DNA from: an uncultured Desulfobacteraceae bacterium
GTDB lineage: Bacteria > Desulfobacterota > Desulfobacteria > Desulfobacterales > UBA11574
Assembly: GCA_964591175.1 (NCBI GenBank)
Contig: CAZQAF010000011.1
Coordinates: forward strand, 3,208 to 67,207
Reading direction: 5' to 3'
Length of the DNA stretch: 64,000 nucleotides
Shown here: positions 16,068 to 24,218 of the stretch, in pieces
Layout of the letters: every line of letters starts with the position of its first letter
Position numbering within the stretch: the stretch's first letter is position 1
The notes under the pieces: generated by a model
Databases searched by the model: none
Told to the model about the DNA's origin: nothing
What the model saw: only the letters and a program-made list of their open reading frames with translations
Program-made: the position numbers and the translations under genes

Positions 16068-19000
16068 ATGAACAAGGAGACGAATACACCAATGACCCAA
16101 AAGACTCAAATCGAAAAAGAAACATGTCTTTCCCGGCGTAATTTTATAAAATCCACGGCCTTTGTGGGCGGCTCCGCCGCTTTGGGGCTTCAAGCCGCGA
16201 AAACAATCGGCGGTTTGTTTGGCAAAGAGGCTTTGGCCGCCACACAGCAGGCAGCGCCGTATATACTCTCCGAGCCTCAAAACCTAATTTACAGTACTTG
16301 CCTGCAGTGTCATGTGGCCTGCCCGAACAAAGCAAAGATCTGGGACGGCACCTTGGCCAAGCTGAGCGGAAATCCTTACAGCCCGCAAAATTTTCTTCCC
16401 CACATTCCGTTTGATACCAAACCCGAAGAAGCGGCGACGATAGACGGTAAGCTTTGTGCCAAGGGCCAGACCGCCATCCAGACTTACTATGATCCCTATC
16501 GTGTGCGAAAAGTACTCAAACGCGCCGGCGAACGGGGATCCGACAAATGGAAAGCGATTCCCTTCGAACAATTCATCGATGAAGTCACCAAAGGCGGAAA
16601 GCTGTTTTCGGATATCGGCGACGACAGTCACTATCCCGGGTTTGAAGAAGTCATTGCCCTTCGGGACCCGAAGCTCTCCTCGGCCATGGCAAAGGATGCC
16701 GAAAGTTGCGGTAAGGGCAAAATGACTGTGGCCGAGTTCAAAGCAAAATATCGGGATCATCTGGACAAACTGATCGATCCGGATCATCCGGATCTGGGGC
16801 CCAAAAACAACGCGTTTGCGTTCATGGCCGGCCGTATCGAGCATGGCCGCAAGGAATTGATGAAACGGTTTACCGGTAAGACGCTGGGCTCAAAAAATGC
16901 CTATGAACACACCACCATTTGCGAACAATCCCACCATATCGCCTATAAGAAAATGACCGCTCACAAAACCGAACATATGAAACCGGATTTGATGAACTGC
17001 GAATTTGTATTGTTCTGGGGAACCGGTGCATTTACGGCCAATTTCGGTCTCACATCCATGGCGGAAAAAGCGACAACCGGTCAGGTGAGCCGAGGGATGA
17101 AAACGGCAGTGGTCGACCCGCGCCTGTCCCATGATGCCGGAAAAGCCGACTGGTGGCTGCCGGTGCAGCCCGAAAAAAACGGTACCCTGGCCATGGCCAT
17201 GATTCGCTGGATCCTGGAAAATAACCGGTATGATCAACGCTATTTGGAAAACGCCAACAAAGCCGCCGCCAAAGCTCACAACGAGCCCACCTGGAGCAAT
17301 GCCACCCATCTGGTCAAAATCGTGGACGGCCATCCTCTGGAACTGCTTCGGGCGTCTGAAGTCGGTGTCGGCGCTGAAAACCAGTATGTGGCATCCAAAA
17401 ACGGACGGTTTGTTGCTGTGGACCCTGAAGATGAAAAACATCCCGTCGAGGGTGATTTGTTCGTAAAAACCCAAGTGAACGGGATCCCGATTAAAAGTGC
17501 CTTTCAACTCCTGGCTGAAGAAGCTTTTGCAAAACCGTTACAAACCTATGCCGATGAATGCGGTGTGGAACTGAAAACCATCGTTGACGTCGCCCGTGAA
17601 TTGACCTCCCATGGCAAACGGGCAGCTGTGGATATGTACCGAGGTCCGGTGCAGCAAACCGACGGTTATTATTCGGGATGTCTGGTCATCACTTTGAACG
17701 TATTGATCGGAAATGCAGATTACAAAGGCGGACTCATCAAAGGCGGCGGCCACTGGCATGAAGGCGGCGGAAAGCCGGGAAATGTCTATAACCTTGGGAA
17801 GCTGCATCCGGGCGCTCTGAAGGCTTTCGGTCCCAAGATGACCCGGGAACAAAGCCGTTACGAAGATTCTACGCTCTTCAGGGGGAAAGGTTACCCGGCC
17901 CAGCGCCCGTGGTATCCGTTCACAGGCAATGTCTACCAGGAGGTCATTCCTTCTTTTGCCTCAGGCTATCCTTATCCGGGGAAAATCCTGTTAACTCACA
18001 TGGGGACCCCGGCATTTGCCATACCGGGTGGCAACCAGCACATCATAGATATGCTCAAAAATCAAAAGCAGGTGCCCTTATATATTGCATCGGATATCGT
18101 CATCGGAGAAACATCCATGTATGCAGATTATATTTTGCCTGACCTGACATTTTTGGAGCGATGGGGCATGCCGCATCCCTCGCCGGATAATGCCACCAAA
18201 ATCAGCAAAATCCGTCAGCCGGTGGGAAAGCCGTTGACCGAAGAAGTAACGGTTGGGGGTGAAAAGATGCCCATTTGCCTAGAGACCTTTATGATTGCCA
18301 TAACCAAAAAGTTAAATTTATCCGGCTTTGGCAAGAACGCTTTCGGATCGGGTATGGATTTTACAAAGGCCGAAGACTGGTATCTCAAACAAGCCGCCAA
18401 CATTGCCTTTGGCGATAAGGAGGGCGAAGCAGTGCCGGATGCCGACGATGCCGAGATGGAGATCTTCCGTAAGGCCAGAAGACACCTGCCGCCGTCGGTC
18501 TTTGATGAAGCCCGCTGGAAAAAAGCCCTTGGATCTGAAACACAGTGGCGGAAAACGATTTATGTGCTTAACCGGGGCGGTCGCTTTGCGCCATACGGAA
18601 GCAACTACAATGGCATGTACATGAAATCTCAACTCGGCACTATGTTTTACCTGTTCGTTGAACAAGTGGCCAAACAAAAGAACAGTATCAGCGGGAAATA
18701 TTTCAGCGGCGTGCCGATCATCGGCGGTGAATTTGATGCTGCAGGAAAACCCCTGGTTCGGTCCAAAGCTTATCCATTTAGGATTATCACTTACAAGGAA
18801 CCTTATGGTGGTCAGTCCCGTACCATTTCAAACTACTGGGGCAACATTAACCTGCAGCCGGCCAATAAAATTCTGATACATCCATCAGATGCACGCAAAC
18901 TGAGAATTAAGCAAAACCAAAAAGTCAGGCTGGTCTCCGCAGACAATCCAGAGGGCCGGCTGGAACTTAGAGACGGTGGTAACAGAGTGATTGACATGAT

Positions 19001-19256
19001 CGGTCGGGTGAACATCGTTGAGGGGATGAGACCCGGGACTTTGGCGGTCTCATGGCATTACGGCCACTGGGCTTACGGATCCAATGAAGTCGTTGTGGAC
19101 GGGAAAAAAATAGAAGGTGACAAGCGCCGTGCCGGTGGACTTTGTACCAATTCTTTGCTGGCGGTGGATCCGGTAATCAAAAATGTCTGCCTGACCGATC
19201 CCATCGGCGGCAGTGCATCGTATTCCAACAGCCGTGTCAGCTTGAAACCGTTATAA
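16068..19256 (+). CDS. Tat-exported molybdopterin (bis-PGD) oxidoreductase catalytic subunit, TtrA-like size and gene order
   Basis: 1062 aa. Tat signal SRRNFIKSTAFVGGSAALG, N-terminal FeS motif CLQCHVAC...C, and B-C-A gene order as in ttrBCA/srdBCA. Confidence 0.88.
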   Translation: MNKETNTPMTQKTQIEKETCLSRRNFIKSTAFVGGSAALGLQAAKTIGGLFGKEALAATQQAAPYILSEPQNLIYSTCLQCHVACPNKAKIWDGTLAKLSGNPYSPQNFLPHIPFDTKPEEAATIDGKLCAKGQTAIQTYYDPYRVRKVLKRAGERGSDKWKAIPFEQFIDEVTKGGKLFSDIGDDSHYPGFEEVIALRDPKLSSAMAKDAESCGKGKMTVAEFKAKYRDHLDKLIDPDHPDLGPKNNAFAFMAGRIEHGRKELMKRFTGKTLGSKNAYEHTTICEQSHHIAYKKMTAHKTEHMKPDLMNCEFVLFWGTGAFTANFGLTSMAEKATTGQVSRGMKTAVVDPRLSHDAGKADWWLPVQPEKNGTLAMAMIRWILENNRYDQRYLENANKAAAKAHNEPTWSNATHLVKIVDGHPLELLRASEVGVGAENQYVASKNGRFVAVDPEDEKHPVEGDLFVKTQVNGIPIKSAFQLLAEEAFAKPLQTYADECGVELKTIVDVARELTSHGKRAAVDMYRGPVQQTDGYYSGCLVITLNVLIGNADYKGGLIKGGGHWHEGGGKPGNVYNLGKLHPGALKAFGPKMTREQSRYEDSTLFRGKGYPAQRPWYPFTGNVYQEVIPSFASGYPYPGKILLTHMGTPAFAIPGGNQHIIDMLKNQKQVPLYIASDIVIGETSMYADYILPDLTFLERWGMPHPSPDNATKISKIRQPVGKPLTEEVTVGGEKMPICLETFMIAITKKLNLSGFGKNAFGSGMDFTKAEDWYLKQAANIAFGDKEGEAVPDADDAEMEIFRKARRHLPPSVFDEARWKKALGSETQWRKTIYVLNRGGRFAPYGSNYNGMYMKSQLGTMFYLFVEQVAKQKNSISGKYFSGVPIIGGEFDAAGKPLVRSKAYPFRIITYKEPYGGQSRTISNYWGNINLQPANKILIHPSDARKLRIKQNQKVRLVSADNPEGRLELRDGGNRVIDMIGRVNIVEGMRPGTLAVSWHYGHWAYGSNEVVVDGKKIEGDKRRAGGLCTNSLLAVDPVIKNVCLTDPIGGSASYSNSRVSLKPL

Positions 19257-19345
19257 TAAAAGGTACTAAAGTTCCGTGCGGTCGGTATTGTTTTTTAGAT
19301 CCCTTTCGACATGATTGGGAAGATATTGATTCTGTTATTTAAAAC

Positions 19346-19930
19346 ATGAAAAATAAAGTTCATCTTGTTATTGCTGTTTCAGTCTTGGTATGGAGCCTGC
19401 TTGTTGTCGCTCCGGCGAAAAGTGGTGAAAACCAATCTGTCGGGCTAAAGACAAGCAGGCGACATTCAACGGTTCCGGCCATGAGCGATACCGCCGGCAA
19501 AGGGATGGTCATCGGAATCGATGCCCGACATCTGTTGCGGCTGATGGAGATGGACCCCAACATTTATGTGCTGTATATCGGCAGCAGCATCGATTTTAGA
19601 CACTGGTTCGCTGGTTCCAAAAACGCCGTGCATATTACTTTAAAGCAGGTTAAAGACAACACCTTGCAGCTGCCTAAAGACAAAACGCTGATTCTCATCT
19701 GTCCTTCCGGGCAACAAAGTCCTGCAGCGGCCAAAAAACTAACCGCTCGAGGCTATGTCGTTTATTACGTAATCGGAGGTATTGAGGCGATGAATAAATA
19801 CGAGAAACATAAATCGATGCCTCAGAAAGAGAAACCTGTCCAGGAGTCCGGGGGAAAAATCATCCGGCAAAAGAATCATGAACCACATTACCCGGAATCC
19901 ACTTTCGAAGAAGAAGACATGGGATGCTGA
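19346..19930 (+). CDS. Secreted single-domain rhodanese (sulfurtransferase) with an acidic Gly-Cys C-terminus
   Basis: Signal peptide VIAVSVLVWSLLVVAPAKS. Active-site loop LICPSGQQS. C-terminus ...FEEEDMGC. Confidence 0.8.
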   Translation: MKNKVHLVIAVSVLVWSLLVVAPAKSGENQSVGLKTSRRHSTVPAMSDTAGKGMVIGIDARHLLRLMEMDPNIYVLYIGSSIDFRHWFAGSKNAVHITLKQVKDNTLQLPKDKTLILICPSGQQSPAAAKKLTARGYVVYYVIGGIEAMNKYEKHKSMPQKEKPVQESGGKIIRQKNHEPHYPESTFEEEDMGC

Positions 19931-19975
19931 ATTTTTTGAATCTATAAGAGTTGATTTCAATTTTTTTTGTGGTAT

Positions 19976-19997
19976 GTTATGTTAACGTTAACATAAC
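19976..19997. promoter_or_regulatory. Perfect 22-bp palindrome GTTATGTTAAC|GTTAACATAAC, operator-like
   Basis: Seen directly. Ends 14 nt before the likely fmdE-family start at 20011. Confidence 0.4.
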
Positions 19998-20010
19998 TTC
20001 AACGACGGAT

Positions 20011-20643
20011 ATGCATATGCAGAATTTCGACACGTTACTGAAAAAATCAACCGAAGCCCACGGGCATTTATGTCCGGGTCAGGTGGTAGGGGTGCGCATG
20101 GCCATGCTGGGATGCCGGCTCATCGGCCTGGATGAACCGACCCGTATCGATCAGATTAAAAAACTTATCGTCATTGTCGAGATGGACCGGTGCACCGGCG
20201 ATGCGGTGGCTTTTGTCACCGGCGCCAAACTGGGACGCCGGTCGTTAAAGTTTAAAGACTACGGCATCATGGCCGCGACGTTTATAAATTTGGAAACACA
20301 AACGGCGTTTCGGGTGATTTCCACGGAAGAAGCCAGAGATCTGGCGCCTGCTTATGCACCTGAAATACCCGAAAAGTATCCCCGGCAGCTTGAAGCGTAT
20401 AAACGGATGCCGGACAGTGTTCTCTTCAGGGTTCAAAAGGTTCGGGTGGATATGAGTGAATACGATTTGCCGGGTCCAACGCGCAAAAAAGTATCTTGCA
20501 GTCAATGCGGGCAGGTGGTCAGAGACAACCGCGAAGTGGTTCAAAACGGTTGTATTTTTTGCAAGCCCTGCGCGCAAGAGGCTTATTTTTCGGAAGCAAA
20601 AGAGATTACCTGGCCCGATATGAACTGGACACCCGCTCAATAA
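20011..20643 (+). CDS. FmdE-family protein with C-terminal zinc ribbon
   Basis: HGHLCPGQVVGVRM, DRCTGDAVAFVTG, and C-terminal CSQCGQ...CIFCKPC. Start moved to ATG 20011 (ORF track starts at TTG 19951). Confidence 0.8.
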   Translation: MHMQNFDTLLKKSTEAHGHLCPGQVVGVRMAMLGCRLIGLDEPTRIDQIKKLIVIVEMDRCTGDAVAFVTGAKLGRRSLKFKDYGIMAATFINLETQTAFRVISTEEARDLAPAYAPEIPEKYPRQLEAYKRMPDSVLFRVQKVRVDMSEYDLPGPTRKKVSCSQCGQVVRDNREVVQNGCIFCKPCAQEAYFSEAKEITWPDMNWTPAQ

Positions 20644-20768
20644 GAACAAAAGTTTGTCGCCGCCGAAGCACTAAGACACGAAGAAAACCCGTAAGTTTGC
20701 TTCGTTCCTAATTGGCCTCCGACCCGGAGGGAATGTGGGAATATTGGATTTGAAGGAGGAGATAAAAA

Positions 20769-21800
20769 TTGATAAAAACCATTGACTTAAAAGATGCGGT
20801 GGGAACCAAACTGGCCCATGACATCACCGAGATCCGGCCCGGAGAATTTAAAGGCGCCGTTTTCCATAAAGGACACACGGTGTGCAACGAAGATTTGTGC
20901 CATTTACAGAAACTCGGGAAGAATCATCTTTATCTCATTGATTTAGAAGCGGACGAGATCCATGAAAACGAAGCGGCCGCCATTATGGCCAAAGCCCTGG
21001 CCGGTAAATGGGTCGTCTGGAAAAATGAACCTCGTGAAGGAAAAATCGGGTTAAAGGCAGATATAGACGGGTTGCTGGCTATCAATGTTGCGGCACTGGC
21101 GGCGGTCAATATGATCGATGAAGTCATGTGTGCCACCATGCACAATCACACGCTGGTAAAAGCCGGTGAACTGGTGGCCGCCACCCGGGCCATCCCTTTG
21201 GTCATGAAACGGGCGCCTGTTGAACGGGCCGCCGCCATAGCCGCTCAAAACGGCGGCGTGATTTCCGTTCGCCCGCTTCGGCAGGGAAAAGCCGGCCTGA
21301 TCATCACGGGAAACGAGGTGTATCGTGGTCTTATCCAAGACCGTTTTGCACCCATTCTGTCTCGAAAACTCATTGATCTGGGCTGCGAAGTGGATCGCGT
21401 CAGCTTTGCGCCGGACGATGCCGAAATTATTCGCAGGGAGATCCGCGCGCATATTGACCAAGATTGCGACCTGATACTTTTAAGCGGCGGTATGAGCGTG
21501 GACCCCGACGATGTTACCCGCAAAGGGATTCGTCTGGCAGGTGCTGATAAGGTTCATTATGGGGCTGCAGCGCTTCCCGGCGCCATGTTTCTGGTGGCGT
21601 ATATCGGGAAAGTGCCGCTGCTCGGCGTACCGGCCTGCGGTCTGCATCACCGTACGACCGTTCTGGATCTGGTTCTTCCCCGCATTCTGGCCGGAGAAAA
21701 AATCGGCAAAAAAGAACTGGCTTTTTTAGGTCACGGCGGACTTTGCCAGGATTGTCCGGAATGCACCTATCCGCATTGTGCCTTCGGCAAGGGAAGCTGA
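20769..21800 (+). CDS. Molybdopterin-binding (MoCF-biosynthesis domain, MoeA-like) protein
   Basis: GLIITGNEVYRGLIQDRF...LILLSGGMSVDPDDVT. TTG start with GAAGGAGGAG upstream. Confidence 0.75.
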   Translation: MIKTIDLKDAVGTKLAHDITEIRPGEFKGAVFHKGHTVCNEDLCHLQKLGKNHLYLIDLEADEIHENEAAAIMAKALAGKWVVWKNEPREGKIGLKADIDGLLAINVAALAAVNMIDEVMCATMHNHTLVKAGELVAATRAIPLVMKRAPVERAAAIAAQNGGVISVRPLRQGKAGLIITGNEVYRGLIQDRFAPILSRKLIDLGCEVDRVSFAPDDAEIIRREIRAHIDQDCDLILLSGGMSVDPDDVTRKGIRLAGADKVHYGAAALPGAMFLVAYIGKVPLLGVPACGLHHRTTVLDLVLPRILAGEKIGKKELAFLGHGGLCQDCPECTYPHCAFGKGS

Positions 21801-21837
21801 TGGAAAATGATAGTCGGAAAAAGGAAAATATAATAAA

Positions 21838-22332
21838 ATGACCGATGTTATACAAAATCATGACGGGCGGGTCGTTGCCGTATCCGTTAGCTTGAAAAAA
21901 GGTGTCAAAAAAACAAACATCCTTCAAGGCAGTCTGATCGAAAACTACGGCCTTGAAAACGACGCACATGCCGGTGACTGGCATCGCCAACTCAGTCTTT
22001 TGGCCATAGAGAGTATTTCCAAAATAAGGAAAAAAGGCATTGACGTTAATCCGGGCGATTTTGCCGAAAACATTACGACCGAGGGTATCAGGCTCTGGGA
22101 CCTGCCCGTAGGCACCCGGCTGAAGCTCGGAGAAAACGCAGTGGTTGAAATTACCCAAATCGGCAAGGAATGTCATGATCGCTGTGCCATATTCAAACAG
22201 GTGGGAGATTGTGTCATGCCTCGAGAAGGCATCTTTGTAAAGGTTCTTAAAGGCGGCGCCATCAGTCCCGAAGATCGCATCCGAATTCTTAATCATCAAC
22301 GAGGAAATGTCCCACATGACGAAACTTCTTGA
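21838..22332 (+). CDS. MOSC domain protein
   Basis: 164 aa. GLENDAHAG...RQLSLLA...PGDFAENITTEGI pattern typical of the MOSC beta-barrel. Confidence 0.8.
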   Translation: MTDVIQNHDGRVVAVSVSLKKGVKKTNILQGSLIENYGLENDAHAGDWHRQLSLLAIESISKIRKKGIDVNPGDFAENITTEGIRLWDLPVGTRLKLGENAVVEITQIGKECHDRCAIFKQVGDCVMPREGIFVKVLKGGAISPEDRIRILNHQRGNVPHDETS

Positions 22333-23311
22333 TCCATACGGCAGAACTATCGATTACCTGCGAATATCCATTACCGATCGTTGCAACCTCGATTGCCTGT
22401 ATTGCGCCCCTTTGGGCGGACGAAAAAGACTCTCTCATGCCGAGATACTTTCTTATGAAGAGATTTTCCGGATAACAAACGCTGCGGTACTTTCCGGAAT
22501 TTCAAAGATACGCATCACCGGAGGAGAACCGCTCCAAAGAAAAGGAATGGTTCGGCTCTGCCGGATGCTGGCGGATATAGACGGTATTGAAAGCCTTGCC
22601 ATGACCACCAACGGTATGCTTTTAAAAGAGTTTGCGGCGCCCCTTTTCGAAGCCGGTGTCAGGCGGGTGAACATCAGCCTCGACACGCTGAAACCCGAAC
22701 GATTCAAAAAGATAACCGGAAAGGATCTTCTATATCAAGTACTTGAAGGAATTGAAGCCGCGGAAAAGGCCGGATTGAATCCCATCAAGATCAATGCGGT
22801 GGTCATGCGCGGCATTAACGATGATGAAATTGAAGATTTGGCCGGGCTCACCCTGGAAAAGCCTTATCATGTCCGGTTTATCGAACTCATGCCCACACAG
22901 GGCCACACCAAGGAAAAACATCACGCGCTTTTCATGCCCATCAGTGAGATGATTGACCGGATTAACATGATGGAGAATTTACAGTTCATTGACAAAGACC
23001 ATTCTTTTGGACCGGCAATGCTCTACTCCTTTCCCGGAGCGCCGGGCAAGGTCGGTTTCATCGCGCCGCTGAGCAGACATTTCTGCGAAACCTGCAACCG
23101 CTTGAGGCTCACAGCCGACGGAAAGCTCAGGACCTGCCTTTTTTCTGAAAAAGAAATTGATGTCAAAGGATCAGTGAGAAAAGGCGCCTCTATGCAAGAA
23201 CTGTCGGATTTGTTCAAACACGCAGCGCGAAACAAACCGCAACAGCACCATTTAAACGATATCGCTCCCATAAACCCTTCCAACCGGACCATGCGGGCCA
23301 TCGGCGGTTAA
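22307..23311 (+). CDS. moaA: GTP 3',8-cyclase (molybdenum cofactor biosynthesis, radical SAM)
   Basis: YLRISITDRCNLDCLYC radical-SAM motif, C-terminal CxxCxRLRLTADGKLRTCLF second cluster, 334 aa. Confidence 0.92.
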   Translation: MSHMTKLLDPYGRTIDYLRISITDRCNLDCLYCAPLGGRKRLSHAEILSYEEIFRITNAAVLSGISKIRITGGEPLQRKGMVRLCRMLADIDGIESLAMTTNGMLLKEFAAPLFEAGVRRVNISLDTLKPERFKKITGKDLLYQVLEGIEAAEKAGLNPIKINAVVMRGINDDEIEDLAGLTLEKPYHVRFIELMPTQGHTKEKHHALFMPISEMIDRINMMENLQFIDKDHSFGPAMLYSFPGAPGKVGFIAPLSRHFCETCNRLRLTADGKLRTCLFSEKEIDVKGSVRKGASMQELSDLFKHAARNKPQQHHLNDIAPINPSNRTMRAIGG

Positions 23312-23384
23312 GTACGAAATGTCCGGATAGCGATATGGCAATGATGTGCAACGCGAAAAAATTTAGAAAGGATTTGACGGATCG

Positions 23385-23870
23385 ATGACGTCCGACAATG
23401 ATAGTGAATCCGAAGAACAAACCTTACTGGTGGCCATCGATTTTTCCGATTGTGCCCGTGGCGCGTTGCGTCATGCAAAATCGCTTTTATCCGAAAAACC
23501 CGTTCGAATCGTTGCGCTTCACGTCATCGACCATGATTTTATTGCAGAATGCCTCCGCCATGAGTTGGGTGATGAAGGCCAGATCAAAAAAAAGCTGTTT
23601 ATGGAGGCAAAAGAAAAGCTTCGAGATTATTTGTCTCAAGAAAACTTGGGAAACGATCAAGTCCAAATGATCGTCAGCGAAGGGGTTCCCTACATAGAGA
23701 TCAACAAAAAGGCTGTGGAAAACAATGTGGATATGGTCATTATCGGAAGCTGTGGAAAGACCGGCGACATGGGCAGAATATTTTTCGGAGGCACGACGGA
23801 AAAAGTATTAAGATTCATCACGCGGCCGGTGCTTTGCGTTCCCCCGAAGTCGGACTACCGAATGGATTGA
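23385..23870 (+). CDS. Universal stress protein (UspA family)
   Basis: LVAIDFSD...ALHV...MVIIGSCGKTG...GGTTEKVLRFITRPVLCV. Confidence 0.85.
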   Translation: MTSDNDSESEEQTLLVAIDFSDCARGALRHAKSLLSEKPVRIVALHVIDHDFIAECLRHELGDEGQIKKKLFMEAKEKLRDYLSQENLGNDQVQMIVSEGVPYIEINKKAVENNVDMVIIGSCGKTGDMGRIFFGGTTEKVLRFITRPVLCVPPKSDYRMD

Positions 23871-24048
23871 CGACGAGAATGCACATTTGAATTATCAAAC
23901 TTAAATTACCCTTGATAAAATAAAGTAGATCGTATAAGCATTTAAATACGGTGATGGAGTTCACCGATTAACCGCACGCACGTGCTGATAACTCCTGCCA
24001 TGCTCAATCCTCCGGCGGGAGTCTTGATAAAGAACTACCGCACAAAAC

Positions 24049-24079
24049 TCCCGCCACACATCAGGGCGGGAATTTTTTT
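24049..24079 (+). terminator. Intrinsic terminator inside a 5' leader (attenuator candidate)
   Basis: TCCCGCC (24049-24055) pairs with GGCGGGA (24065-24071), 9-nt loop, then ATTTTTTT. An upstream GGCGGGAGT (24014-24022) can pair alternatively with ACTCCCGCC (24047-24055). Confidence 0.5.
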
Positions 24080-24218
24080 AGGATCCAACGAACCGGCAAC
24101 TTGCTGTGCCGGCTCATACCGGACATTTTTTGGATTCAACCTGAAAGTTCCCCTTATCATTGTTGTTTTCTTTTATATCCACTTCGACGGTTGCGGGTAT
24201 AAAAAGGTTCCATCGAAC

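Noticed and set aside
19925-19939. The TGA after ...DMGC of the rhodanese could be read as Sec, giving a GC-U-IF end reminiscent of the thioredoxin-reductase GCUG tail.
   Set aside because: Only two codons follow before the next stop. The downstream sequence is AT-rich with no convincing SECIS-type hairpin. The second protein with the same tail ends in TAG, so a genuine C-terminal Cys is the simpler reading.
16284-22317. Large antisense ORFs, including 16284-16844, 16890-17507, 17538-17852, 21051-21461 and 21514-22317 (all minus strand).
   Set aside because: They lie opposite confidently identified molybdoenzyme and cofactor genes. They show no motifs and a typical reverse-frame composition. 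The same reasoning rejects 9244-9906 (-), 46698-47306 (-), 60272-60883 (+) and 61727-62281 (+).
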